Translations under genes and position numbers: made by a program
Virus record (IMG/VR): IMGVR_UViG_3300045988_183511
Strand: one strand, 5' to 3'
Source of the DNA: a virus
DNA length: 64,000 nt
The notes under the pieces: model-generated
What the model was told of the DNA's origin: nothing
Seen by the model: only the letters and a program-made list of their open reading frames with translations
Databases searched by the model: none
Part shown: piece after piece, positions 37,145 through 46,303 of the stretch
How positions within the stretch are numbered: position 1 is the first letter of the stretch
Layout: every line of letters begins with the position of its first letter

Positions 37145-38275
37145 TTATTGCTGTGCAGCTTCCAACAAGAATCTGGCCTTTTCCTGAACTGCATGTTCCA
37201 GCATCTTGAGCCGCTCATCACCGAGATTATACCGACTATGCTTTTTGAACTTGAAAGTCAGCAAATGCCGCAGCTCCTGTTTCTGTTTTGGTCCCATAAC
37301 ATGACAAGCGACTTCATCGAAGTTTGCATACAGAGCTGGAGACAATGTCTTTTCCTGCTCGGAGAGATTGTTCAAGTCATCATCCATAACATAACAGTAC
37401 AGAGATAACCCATTATCGAAGATGGGCGCAGGCTTTAGCAATTGATTTGTATGGTTATCTACCAGGAAGCCGAAGTTACCAAGATGTCGGTCCGCATTTC
37501 GAATCACAGCATCCAGAACCAGCATATCTGCTAGGTCATCTTTCCAACCGTGAGCGTCATACCAGACAACAATTTGGGAAATCTTGGAGGTTTCAATAAG
37601 CGTGGATGCCGGAACGAAGGAAATATCTTTGCTCGTGAACAGCTCACAGGTGGAGCAAAGCATTCCTTTCCACTTGGAAAGTCCATAAGAGATATGGTCA
37701 ATTCCCATTGCCTCAGCTACCTGTGCGGCATAGAACTCAGAGTAGGGTTCTTTGCCAGTATTGGCAAAACCGCTTGTCCCGCCCTTGTAAAGCAGAACTT
37801 TACCGTCTTTTCTACGCCATGCTTTTGGTAGCATACCATTCGTTGTGAATTCAGGAGAGGACCGGAATTTCGATGCAGGAGAACTGCCATAACCTGTAAA
37901 AGCAATTTGCGATAGCACTTGACTGAATCGATTGTCGAAAAGGTTTACCTGCGCGAAAGTCTTTGGGTCATCCGGATAAGTGACCCAATAGCAATCGGTT
38001 AGGGAGAGTCCTTTGCAGATTTGTAGGATACCGATGAAATCATTCTCGCTCAAGCCATTTTTTGATAGGAAATTCTGAGCATAAGCTCTGTTTGCAGGAA
38101 TCGTCCGGTGCCGCAGCCAACGGGTCAATGATTCGTTGGTGGACTTCATACCAAGGGGTAGGTACGTCGCTTTATCTTTGTTTGTTGAGGTAATGGCAAC
38201 GTCAATACCGTCAATGGTTCGTTTGGCTGTAAAATGGAGCAGGATATCATCGAATTGTTTCAGCACCAAATCCAT
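37145..38275 (-). CDS. HipA-like serine/threonine kinase
   Basis: ORF track 37145..38293, start reset to MDLVLKQ (AAAGGAGGG RBS); HipA C-terminal catalytic region DAHGWKDD...VLDAVIRNADRHLGNFGFL. Confidence 0.6.
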   Translation of the reverse strand: MDLVLKQFDDILLHFTAKRTIDGIDVAITSTNKDKATYLPLGMKSTNESLTRWLRHRTIPANRAYAQNFLSKNGLSENDFIGILQICKGLSLTDCYWVTYPDDPKTFAQVNLFDNRFSQVLSQIAFTGYGSSPASKFRSSPEFTTNGMLPKAWRRKDGKVLLYKGGTSGFANTGKEPYSEFYAAQVAEAMGIDHISYGLSKWKGMLCSTCELFTSKDISFVPASTLIETSKISQIVVWYDAHGWKDDLADMLVLDAVIRNADRHLGNFGFLVDNHTNQLLKPAPIFDNGLSLYCYVMDDDLNNLSEQEKTLSPALYANFDEVACHVMGPKQKQELRHLLTFKFKKHSRYNLGDERLKMLEHAVQEKARFLLEAAQQ

Positions 38276-38357
38276 AAAGCACCCTCCTTTCACAAATAAT
38301 TTATAGGAATATTATAGCATATAGCACCGTTTCTCTCAACGCTTGTTTTATCGGCAC

Positions 38358-39083
38358 TCATCCGCCTTTAACTGTCTCAAACTCCAAAGTAATGGTATCC
38401 ACGATACAAAAAGCCTGTGACCCGTATGGGGTTCCGTCACGATAGGTCGAGAAAGTATCACAGGAAAGAACTCCGTCTTCCAAGCGTACTTCTTTGACTG
38501 GCGTATGCCCCACCACTTGCAGATATTTGCCGCCGCGATACAAACGTTTTGCGTTCTGATTCGGAGACAGCTGCGGGCGATACCAAATGGGAGAGTCCGC
38601 TGCCCACATTGTCTCACAGCCCATCTGGTTGATAACTTTGATAACCGCGAGAACATTTTTGCGGTTCTGTGGTGCTACCCGGAGCTGAACAAAGAGATTT
38701 GCAAGGCCGCCGTGCATGAAAAGTGTTTTGTCAATTTTGTGGATATATGCAAGCTGACTTTTCTTTGGCAAGGTATTTGTCAACTTTTTAATTTCTTGAC
38801 ACACCAGCCCTCTTTTTTCCGGATGGTATCCGGTTTCCGGTTTTCCCCAGATGTAGCTCAGGTCATGGTTCCCGTAGCACCAGAGAGTATCTGGATGTTC
38901 CTTGGCAAACGCGATTGCGGTTTCATAGGTCTCCAGATACTGCGCATCATCATGTACCCCGAAATCATCTGCCAAGTCCATAAGGCAGACGGCCTTGTCC
39001 GCAATGCCCTTCTTCACGATGGCATCTGCCTGCGCAAACATCCAGGGTTTCAAATGGCAATCTGGAATGACTAAGACCTTCAT
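38358..39083 (-). CDS. calcineurin-like metallophosphoesterase (PPP-family Ser/Thr phosphatase-like)
   Basis: ORF track; GNHD and GHTP metal-binding motifs; directly upstream of HipA-like gene in same operon. Confidence 0.6.
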   Translation of the reverse strand: MKVLVIPDCHLKPWMFAQADAIVKKGIADKAVCLMDLADDFGVHDDAQYLETYETAIAFAKEHPDTLWCYGNHDLSYIWGKPETGYHPEKRGLVCQEIKKLTNTLPKKSQLAYIHKIDKTLFMHGGLANLFVQLRVAPQNRKNVLAVIKVINQMGCETMWAADSPIWYRPQLSPNQNAKRLYRGGKYLQVVGHTPVKEVRLEDGVLSCDTFSTYRDGTPYGSQAFCIVDTITLEFETVKGG

Positions 39084-39119
39084 GGCTCTTCACCTCTCTT
39101 TTTTGTGTTTATTATTTAG

Positions 39120-39147
39120 ATTATATACGATTCGCACCGAATGTCGA
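39120..39147 (-). promoter_or_regulatory. minus-strand promoter, motif copy (TCGACA-ttc-GGTGCGAAT-cgta-TATAAT)
   Basis: read on minus strand about 40 nt upstream of phosphatase gene. Confidence 0.45.
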
Positions 39148-39483
39148 GAATTCCGTTCTGGAGAATCATTGTGTTCGGCCGCCATGGCATCGTGCTGCCG
39201 GGCCAAGCTGAGCCACGCCAAATAATGTTGAATCGGAATTCAGTGAAATTGAATTCAACGTTTTTGAGAATACAAGAAGAGCCCCCGCCAAGCAGCGGAG
39301 GCTCGCTTTTTGTGCGGCAAAGCTCAAAGTCATAGGGGTGCTTTTTCCAAACGCCAGGAAATCTCCCTCATAGTTTGCATCGTGCCAGAAATTATTGAAA
39401 TTATAGAGAATTTTTGCAAGCCCTAGTGTTTACAAGTGCAGTGTTTTAGCGTATAATGTAAACAGCAGAAAGGAGGAAAGGCG

Positions 39484-40515
39484 ATGGATATCAGCAAAAA
39501 CATCACCTATTATCGTTCTCAAAAAGGCGTTACTCAGCAATGGTTGGCTGACGCAATCGATGTCAGTAAAATGAGCATTTCCCATTTTGAGAATGGTAAA
39601 CGCCGTCCGGACATTGCAACCATCAAGAAAATTTGTAAAGCGCTGGATGTTACTCTTGGTAAATTCATGGCGTACAATGAGGGAGTTACTGTTTTTAATG
39701 GCTCTTTCCGTAAGTCGGACAACCTAGCCGCATCTCAGCAGGATGCTATCGTTGCTCAGATTCGCTACGCTGCACAGCGCTATTACGATGCCTGTTTGTG
39801 CGCCAATACCGTTTGTGACGCCAACACTCTACCCAAAGAGAAAATTCCTGTTTTTGAGGATGCAAACCGGTCCGCTTCCTATATGCGCAGCGTTCTTGGC
39901 CTGGCTCCGACCGGGCCCGTTGGCAATCTTACCAGCGTACTCGAAAACAAGGGCATCTATGTCGTTCTGGTCGAACAGCGTGACATGGGTGTATCTACCA
40001 AGAACTTCTCGGGGTATAATGGACTCTCCAATAAGGGCTTCCCTATCATCGCTGTAAATGAAAGTATGGTCTATGGCCGTCAGCGCTTTACCCTTGCACA
40101 TGAATTCGCACATTTGCTCTTTACCAATGCTACTGAGCGGCAGATTGACGATATTGCAGGACGGTTTTTATTGCCCAGCGAAGATTTGAAACGAGAAGTT
40201 GGTAGCAAACGACCGTTTATCAGTTTTAAGGAAATCGTGTATGTCCAGAATGAATATGGAGTTTCTGAACAGTGCATTGTTTTTCGTGCAAGGCAAGAGG
40301 AAATCATTAGTCAGCGCACTTATGATATTATCCTTAATGCCAAGGAACACCCACAAGATACTACCGATATCAGAGAACATCCTATTCGGTTGGAGCAAAT
40401 TGTCTGTCGCGCTTATACTGATAATGAAATTAGCGTATCGAAGGCTGCTGAGCTGTTAAATGTCGATACCGTTAAAGCTGCAGCTATTTGTGGGGCAGGA
40501 GGAGAAAGCGCATGA
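39484..40515 (+). CDS. XRE-family HTH regulator fused to ImmA/IrrE-type zinc metallopeptidase domain
   Basis: ORF track; N-terminal HTH (QQWLADAIDVSKMSISHFENGKRRP); HEFAH zinc-binding motif; AGGAGGAAAGG RBS. Confidence 0.65.
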   Translation: MDISKNITYYRSQKGVTQQWLADAIDVSKMSISHFENGKRRPDIATIKKICKALDVTLGKFMAYNEGVTVFNGSFRKSDNLAASQQDAIVAQIRYAAQRYYDACLCANTVCDANTLPKEKIPVFEDANRSASYMRSVLGLAPTGPVGNLTSVLENKGIYVVLVEQRDMGVSTKNFSGYNGLSNKGFPIIAVNESMVYGRQRFTLAHEFAHLLFTNATERQIDDIAGRFLLPSEDLKREVGSKRPFISFKEIVYVQNEYGVSEQCIVFRARQEEIISQRTYDIILNAKEHPQDTTDIREHPIRLEQIVCRAYTDNEISVSKAAELLNVDTVKAAAICGAGGESA

Positions 40516-40574
40516 CTCTGTTTGCCGACACAAATAAAATAGAATGGCCTCTGCCGTATTTGGCAGGGGCCTTT

Positions 40575-41105
40575 TCATCCGTATTTCCCAAGCGGTCGGG
40601 CCTGAAGCAAGGCGCTCACATCGAAACTGGAAGCGTTATACACCGTTACGCCATGTTCCAGAGCGTATTTTACCGTATATGCTGTGCCTCCAGTATTTCT
40701 AGTACAATAGGAGATGCAATAGGCAGAACAATCCACTAAATGCCGGTCTCTTAAAAGATATACTCCCCTGCTTGGCTCTTTTGCTATGTAGACTATCTTG
40801 TCCACCTGCTTATCTATCTTCTCTGCGTGCCGCTGCTGTTCTAAGCTCCATTTGGAACGGTATCCCTCAAAAGGCAGAACCTCAATGATACGAATACGGG
40901 GATGTGCAGCTTTCAGGGAAACCAGCATATCTGCCATGAGGGCATCGAACCCTAAAGAGCCTCCAACGCCAAAGTAGGTGACTCCCTGCTGGATGAGTGG
41001 AATGAGCCGATGCTCTACCCTGGCTAATATTTTGAGCTGTTCTCCCTGTGGGATATCCTTGTGCCCGACAAAGCAGCAGGTCTGCTCTCGATACTTGCTA
41101 TTCAC
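40575..41105 (-). CDS. SLOG-fold protein of the DUF1273/YpsA family
   Basis: ORF track; FVGHKD ... GVGGSLGFDALMADMLVSLKAAHP ... EVLPFEGYRSKWSLEQQ pattern resembles B. subtilis YpsA/YoqJ. Confidence 0.5.
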   Translation of the reverse strand: MNSKYREQTCCFVGHKDIPQGEQLKILARVEHRLIPLIQQGVTYFGVGGSLGFDALMADMLVSLKAAHPRIRIIEVLPFEGYRSKWSLEQQRHAEKIDKQVDKIVYIAKEPSRGVYLLRDRHLVDCSAYCISYCTRNTGGTAYTVKYALEHGVTVYNASSFDVSALLQARPLGKYG

Positions 41106-41358
41106 AGTGACCCTCCTTTGCTTCGACGAACCACTTGTCTACCTCATAGTACAAGTATGTTTTGGCTCTTCCTATCTGGCAGGTATAGCGTACCCCAACG
41201 CCGCCGGTCTTTGAGTATTTACGCGGCAATACTTCTGAGATGCAGGTGATGTCAAATTTCTGACCTGTGTCCCAGATGACCGTCTGAGGGGTCAGAATAC
41301 CTTCAGGAGAGAAATCGGCGACGACCTCGACATATTTCTTGGTTCTTTGTTCCGGCAT
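41098..41358 (-). CDS. small protein resembling the detached C-terminal (DUF4113-like) region of UmuC-type polymerases
   Basis: ORF track; same frame as the polymerase gene, separated by one TGA codon plus one sense codon. Confidence 0.4.
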   Translation of the reverse strand: MPEQRTKKYVEVVADFSPEGILTPQTVIWDTGQKFDITCISEVLPRKYSKTGGVGVRYTCQIGRAKTYLYYEVDKWFVEAKEGHCE

Positions 41359-41361
41359 GAA

Positions 41362-42630
41362 TCAAACGCTCCCCTGCAAATACCCATGTGGGTGAATCGT
41401 ATGGTTTCCCTTTGCATCGCAATGCGAGAGAAACCGGTCTTTGTACATGACGGCTCGCTGCACGGAATAATACCCGAACCGGTTCCGTATCCCATCGATT
41501 GCGGATTCGAGTCGTTCAGTCTCCTCCTGCTTTTCGGCGCTGTACTCAAATGATATCTGATTTGGTTCCGTATCCGGCCGCAGGTCAATGGCTCGCACGC
41601 CAACCGAGCGGAGGTGCTCGCTCCATCGGTAGTTCTTCTTGTACAGCTGGTAAGCTGCCTCCGCAATATCCTTTTCCTGCATCGTTGGCTGAGGCAGCTT
41701 GACTTGCCGCTCAAAGCTGAAAAGGCTGGAATCTCGGAGGCTCACCTCCACGCCTCGACAACGGAAATGGTTTTCTCTGAGTCTTGCTGCCACGCTTTCT
41801 GAAAGCAGATAGAGGACAATCAAGACATCCTGGTCAGTCTTCAAGTCCCGTGGCGTTGTCCAGCTGTTGCCAATGCTCTTGATAGGTGCTTGAGCTTCCC
41901 TGTCCTCGTATTTTGCTACCGTTCTCGTATCAAGCCCGTTGGCGAATCCCCATAGCATGGGACCGATTTTTCCGAGCTTCTCTTTCAGAAAGCTTGGATT
42001 GGCAGCCGCCAAATCGCCGATTGTATGGATACAGTAGCTTGACAATTTTTTCCCCGTTCTGGGCCCAACATACAAGAGGTCCGTGGCAGGCAGCGGGAAC
42101 ACGATATCTTTCCAGTTTGACCTTGATATGACGGTGATGGCATCCGGCTTTTTATAGTCGGACCCCAATTTCGCAAAGACTTTATTCCAGCTCACGCCGA
42201 TAGAACAGGTGATGCCGAGCTCATCCTTCACGGCGTCGGAGATTTGCTTGGCTATCTTTTGCCCGCTGCCAAAAAGAGACTGGCTTGCGGTACAATCAAG
42301 CCATGCTTCATCTAAGCCAAACGGCTCGACCATGTCGGAATATCTGAGGAATATCTCTCTGGTGTATCCGCTGTATCGTGTATATAAATCATAATGAGCC
42401 GGAACAAAGATGATATCTCGGCAATGCTGCTGTGCTTCCCACAGAGCCATCCCGGTTTTGACTCCCATCCGTTTGGCCGGATACGAGGCGGTCAACACAA
42501 TGCCATTTCGCCGTTCCGGGTCGCCACACACCGCAATCGGCTTTCCCTGCAGCTTTGGGTTATAAGCCGCCTCGCAGCTTGCGTAAAAAGAGTTCATGTC
42601 AGAGTGAAGTATCACTCGTTCGCTCACCAT
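41362..42630 (-). CDS. Y-family translesion DNA polymerase (UmuC/DinB-like)
   Basis: ORF track; N-terminal ILHSDMNSFYASCE...PIAVCG signature of Y-family polymerases; GGGAGG RBS. Confidence 0.65.
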   Translation of the reverse strand: MVSERVILHSDMNSFYASCEAAYNPKLQGKPIAVCGDPERRNGIVLTASYPAKRMGVKTGMALWEAQQHCRDIIFVPAHYDLYTRYSGYTREIFLRYSDMVEPFGLDEAWLDCTASQSLFGSGQKIAKQISDAVKDELGITCSIGVSWNKVFAKLGSDYKKPDAITVISRSNWKDIVFPLPATDLLYVGPRTGKKLSSYCIHTIGDLAAANPSFLKEKLGKIGPMLWGFANGLDTRTVAKYEDREAQAPIKSIGNSWTTPRDLKTDQDVLIVLYLLSESVAARLRENHFRCRGVEVSLRDSSLFSFERQVKLPQPTMQEKDIAEAAYQLYKKNYRWSEHLRSVGVRAIDLRPDTEPNQISFEYSAEKQEETERLESAIDGIRNRFGYYSVQRAVMYKDRFLSHCDAKGNHTIHPHGYLQGSV

Positions 42631-42696
42631 GATTAGCCTCCCTTGTTTGCCGCAACACCTGTTAGTTGTTATTTGCTCTTTGTTGGTTGTTATCGG

Positions 42697-42714
42697 TTGT
42701 TATTAGTATAACAA
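42697..42714. promoter_or_regulatory. perfect inverted repeat TTGTTAT-N4-ATAACAA plus two further ATAACAAC direct repeats upstream of polymerase gene
   Basis: seen directly in sequence 42660-42720; candidate operator; no Firmicute LexA box (CGAAC-N4-GTTCG) present. Confidence 0.35.
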
Positions 42715-42784
42715 ATACAACCGTAAGTTGCAATATGTGCGTGTAAAATAGAATTTGGAAGTCCCATCAAATACACTACAACTG

Positions 42785-42830
42785 GTAGTTATCGCCAGCG
42801 GTTGTATGGAACGGTTACTATTTTGTAATT
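42785..42830. repeat. copy A of an about 45-bp imperfect direct repeat ending in CGGTTACTATTTTGTAAT
   Basis: aligns with 46845..46892 (identical 18-mer plus about 70% identity over the preceding about 30 nt). Confidence 0.5.
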
Positions 42831-42914
42831 CATGCATGAAATTGACGAATAAAGAAGGGCACACGCCACATCTATAGCCGCAAGGTTTAGGTGGGGAGGT
42901 TCACGTATGGCAAG

Positions 42915-42955
42915 TAGTTGGCAAAAAAAAGCCGCCCACCCGGTTAGGGCAGACG
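42915..42955 (-). terminator. rho-independent terminator (stem uses G-U pairs) after zinc-ribbon gene 1
   Basis: minus strand GCCGTCTGCCC-taac-CGGGTGGGCGGC followed by TTTTTTTT; near-identical element at 46485..46510. Confidence 0.4.
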
Positions 42956-43013
42956 GCAGGATGTGCTATCTATATAAAAAGACGACTGAGTTCGTCAGAG
43001 GTCTTGTAATCTA

Positions 43014-44534
43014 TCAGGCAGCTTTCTTTGCTGCGGTTTTGCCCTTCGGACCCTTCTTCCGTGCATTGGCTTCAAGCTCCTTCTTGTTGGTATCATACCA
43101 AACCTCGAACTCCTTGAAGTTGTTCAATGCCCAAATCTCAGGAGAAGCCTTGCGACCGTAAATTTCTTCCAACAGGTGGATGACTTTACGACCAACTTCT
43201 TCCATGATTTTGGCGTCGTATTTGTGGTTGCGGCAAAAACCTTCAGGCATAACGATGTCGTATTTGGGGTCAAGAACTTCAAGCCCCGGCTCCTGAATGC
43301 GAATCATGGTGTACCCAGCTTTGTGGGCAGCTTCAAACTTGAAACGGTCTCTTACTACGTGTTCATCATCTCCATGCCATGCAACGCCATTGTATTCGCC
43401 ACACAATTTCTGAATGTGGTCCACAAAGTCCAGACCCAAGAGGCTGTTTTCGCCTAAGATGCTTCGTACATCAGAGAAAGGATTGGCAATTCCATTCTCA
43501 CCAGCAAACGCCAGCATAAGCCGCACCACGAAACACTCTGGTTTGGAAATAGCATTCTTTCTCCGCATTTTGCAGTCGTAACAGCCAGTAAAGCCATTGC
43601 CTACAGAACGGACAACATTTTGAATCGCGGCTTCGAATTCTTGCCCGCAATCACGGCATTTGAAGAAGGCTTTTTTGCTGCTCTTAACAGCGACTTCTGA
43701 AGCAGAAAGCTTATTTTTGCTACTCCACATGGCGGCTGCTTCTGGGCATTGCGACGCAAGGTCGTTGATGCTAGAAACAACCTTGAGCCCCGCACAAATA
43801 GGGCAACCAGTGTGACCATTATCTACAGCATCGACAACGTGATGGATTCTGGCTTCAAATTCTTGCCCGCAATTATGACATTTGAAGAAAGCCTTTTTAC
43901 CGCTTTGGGTGGCAACTTCTGAAGCAGAAAGCCTGTTTTTGCTGCTCCACATTGCAGCCGCTTTCGGACATTGCGAAGCAAGGTCATTGATGCCGGGAAC
44001 AACTGTTTTGCCTGCACAAACAGGGCAACCGGTGCGACCTTTTTTTACAGAATTCACAACATCGGCAATTTTGGTTTTGAATTCTTGCCCGCAATTATGA
44101 CATTTGAAGAAAGCCTTTTTACCGCTTTGGGTGGCAACTTCTGAAGCAGGAAGCTTGTTTTTGCTGCTCCACATAGTAGCGACTTCTGGGTATTGCGACG
44201 CAAGGTCGTTGATACCGGGAACAACTTTTCGCCCCGCACAAACAGGGCAGCCAGTGGTGCCATTGCCTACAGAACGAACGACATTGCAAATTGCGGCCTC
44301 AAATTTCTGTTTACAGTCCGGACAAACAAATGTGAGCTTTCTTCCGCTTCCTGTAGTAACATCAAAAGCAAGATGCTTGTCCTTTTCGCTCAGCATTGCA
44401 GCTACTTTCGGGCAAGCAACAGCAAGGCAATTTTCTTTGATGTTATACGGCATCTCAATGCCAAGAGTCGGAACAGATGCGCAAGCAGCGCAATTGCAGG
44501 TGCTGGCATGCATAACCTTCACAAAAGTATTCAT
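43014..44534 (-). CDS. protein with about 6 tandem zinc-ribbon repeats and C-terminal DUF559 (Vsr-like) endonuclease domain
   Basis: ORF track 43014..44804 with start reset to MNTFVKVMHAS (GAGGAG RBS); repeat unit TGCPVCAG.KVV.GINDLASQ.P..A.MWSSKN.L.ASEV...S.KKAFFKC..CGQEF; C-terminus GLDFVDHIQ...EYNGVAWHGDDEHVVRDRFKFEAAHKAGYTMIRIQE. Confidence 0.55.
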   Translation of the reverse strand: MNTFVKVMHASTCNCAACASVPTLGIEMPYNIKENCLAVACPKVAAMLSEKDKHLAFDVTTGSGRKLTFVCPDCKQKFEAAICNVVRSVGNGTTGCPVCAGRKVVPGINDLASQYPEVATMWSSKNKLPASEVATQSGKKAFFKCHNCGQEFKTKIADVVNSVKKGRTGCPVCAGKTVVPGINDLASQCPKAAAMWSSKNRLSASEVATQSGKKAFFKCHNCGQEFEARIHHVVDAVDNGHTGCPICAGLKVVSSINDLASQCPEAAAMWSSKNKLSASEVAVKSSKKAFFKCRDCGQEFEAAIQNVVRSVGNGFTGCYDCKMRRKNAISKPECFVVRLMLAFAGENGIANPFSDVRSILGENSLLGLDFVDHIQKLCGEYNGVAWHGDDEHVVRDRFKFEAAHKAGYTMIRIQEPGLEVLDPKYDIVMPEGFCRNHKYDAKIMEEVGRKVIHLLEEIYGRKASPEIWALNNFKEFEVWYDTNKKELEANARKKGPKGKTAAKKAA

Positions 44535-44658
44535 AATTATCCTCTTTTCTCCTCGTAACATTCGAGGCTTGCAATAAAAAGCAACCACCATCCCCCATTG
44601 CAGGAAGATGATAGCTGCTACATTTATAAGCCAACTTCGTATTAGATGGCTTTTTTTA

Positions 44659-45819
44659 TTATTCTTCAGTAGCTTTCTGACCGTGGTGAAGAGCACCACG
44701 GACAAATTGGTTCCAGCGAGCATGGTACAAAACGAACCCGTCTTCAAACTCCACCGTGATGTTGTTGACACCATGATAAGCGGTGCAGGTGGCTTTACTG
44801 CCATCCTTCATCGTCATCGTGGTGCCGACAGATTTCGGAGAACTGTACTCGTCCTTGCGAGCTGCGTTGATGGCACGCCCCCGCAGTCTGCAATTGGGGC
44901 AGCAAGTAACACCGGACGCAATAGCCCGCGTCATGTTGTGGATGCTTGTCACAAACTCTTGTTTGCAATCGGGGCACACAAAAATGGCGCGTCTGGACGA
45001 ACGGGCAGGAATTTCGCTGGGGGCGTAATCGTTCTTGCCGCTCCACATAGCAGCAGCTTTTGGATACATGGTCGCCAAATCGTTGACGCCGGAAATAGCC
45101 TTGCGACCTGCACAAACAGGGCAACCGGTATTGTTATGCAACAAAGAATTGACGACGTTGCAAACGGGAGCCTTAAACTCCTGTTTGCAGTCGGGGCAGA
45201 CAAACCATGCCATTTTGTTGTTGCCTGCAGATATCTTACCGGGAGAGCAAGCGTTTTTGTTGCTCCACATGTTGGCTGCCGCAGGGCACTTTGTAGCCAA
45301 GTCATTGATTCCGGAAACCACTTTCAAACCACGACAAACGGGACAACCGGTGCGATAATGCATCAAAGAGTTGACAACATTGCAAATGGAAGACTCAAAC
45401 TCTTGTCCGCAATCAGGGCATACAAAGATGGCCTTTTTGTGGCTGCCTGCAGCTACTTCGCTGGGAGAGCAAGCGTTCTTGTCACTCCACATGGTAGCAG
45501 CCATAGGGCATTTGGTAGCCAAATCGTTGATGCCGGAAACAATCTTTTTACCTGCACAAACAGGGCAACCAGTGCTACCGTTCATTACCGAACGAACAAC
45601 ACTAAAGATTTTGCTTTCAAATTCCTGCCCACAGTCTGGGCAAACAAATGTGAACTTTCTTCTGCTTCCCGCAGCCACTTTACTGGGAGAGAAGGTGTTC
45701 TTGTCACTCCACATGGCAGCGACCTTAGGGCATTTGGTAGCCACGTCATTGATGCCGGGGATAACTTCCTTGGAATTGGTAGTGTTGGTGTTGATGTTGG
45801 TATTCATAGCGGCTTTCAT
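44659..45819 (-). CDS. paralogous zinc-ribbon repeat protein (about 6 repeats, no DUF559 domain)
   Basis: ORF track 44659..45909 with start reset to MKAAMNT; near-identical RBS/5' region to gene 43014..44534. Confidence 0.5.
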   Translation of the reverse strand: MKAAMNTNINTNTTNSKEVIPGINDVATKCPKVAAMWSDKNTFSPSKVAAGSRRKFTFVCPDCGQEFESKIFSVVRSVMNGSTGCPVCAGKKIVSGINDLATKCPMAATMWSDKNACSPSEVAAGSHKKAIFVCPDCGQEFESSICNVVNSLMHYRTGCPVCRGLKVVSGINDLATKCPAAANMWSNKNACSPGKISAGNNKMAWFVCPDCKQEFKAPVCNVVNSLLHNNTGCPVCAGRKAISGVNDLATMYPKAAAMWSGKNDYAPSEIPARSSRRAIFVCPDCKQEFVTSIHNMTRAIASGVTCCPNCRLRGRAINAARKDEYSSPKSVGTTMTMKDGSKATCTAYHGVNNITVEFEDGFVLYHARWNQFVRGALHHGQKATEE

Positions 45820-45952
45820 AACAGACTCTCTTTCTCCTCGTATTTTCGAGGCTTGTAAAATAAAAATAGCAGCTATCATTTTTACGATAACTGCTTCATA
45901 TATGAGCATACGGCGTGCAGCCGAATGTCATGCTGGAATTGGATAGAGTGGC

Positions 45953-46303
45953 TTACTGCTCATCGAGCAGGATTCCACCGTGCTTGGCGATGATGGCATC
46001 GACAACAGTGAGCGGCACATAGCCGTACACTCCGTCATCACCATATTCGTCGAGCAATGGCTCGGACGGAGACGGGAACCCGACTTCTACGCTCACGTAG
46101 CCCCCCTCGTCGTCCTTCTGGCAGTAGTGGCCTTCGGATGCCTGGATAGACATCTTAAAGCCATCTGCGCAGATTGCTTCGGGGCGGTTCTCGCGCATCG
46201 CCATCATAACAGCAAATATGTTGCCGCTATTTTTGGCAATTTTCTCCTTCTTCAGAAGGTCGGTAACGCGGATGAATTCGGCGGTGTTCATAATGGTGTT
46301 CAT
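45953..46303 (-). CDS. hypothetical protein (about 116 aa)
   Basis: ORF track 45953..46327, start reset to MNTIMNTAEF (GAGGAAA RBS). Confidence 0.4.
   Translation of the reverse strand: MNTIMNTAEFIRVTDLLKKEKIAKNSGNIFAVMMAMRENRPEAICADGFKMSIQASEGHYCQKDDEGGYVSVEVGFPSPSEPLLDEYGDDGVYGYVPLTVVDAIIAKHGGILLDEQ

Noticed and set aside
42640-42780. LexA/SOS box upstream of the Y-family polymerase
   Set aside because: No CGAAC-N4-GTTCG-like sequence is present. The palindrome found (TTGTTAT-N4-ATAACAA) is different and is reported as an element-specific operator candidate instead.
43600-45800. Possible CRISPR array suggested by about 190-bp nucleotide repeats
   Set aside because: The repeats are in-frame coding units (zinc-ribbon modules) that vary mainly at codon third positions. 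There are no short uniform repeats alternating with unique spacers, and no cas genes.
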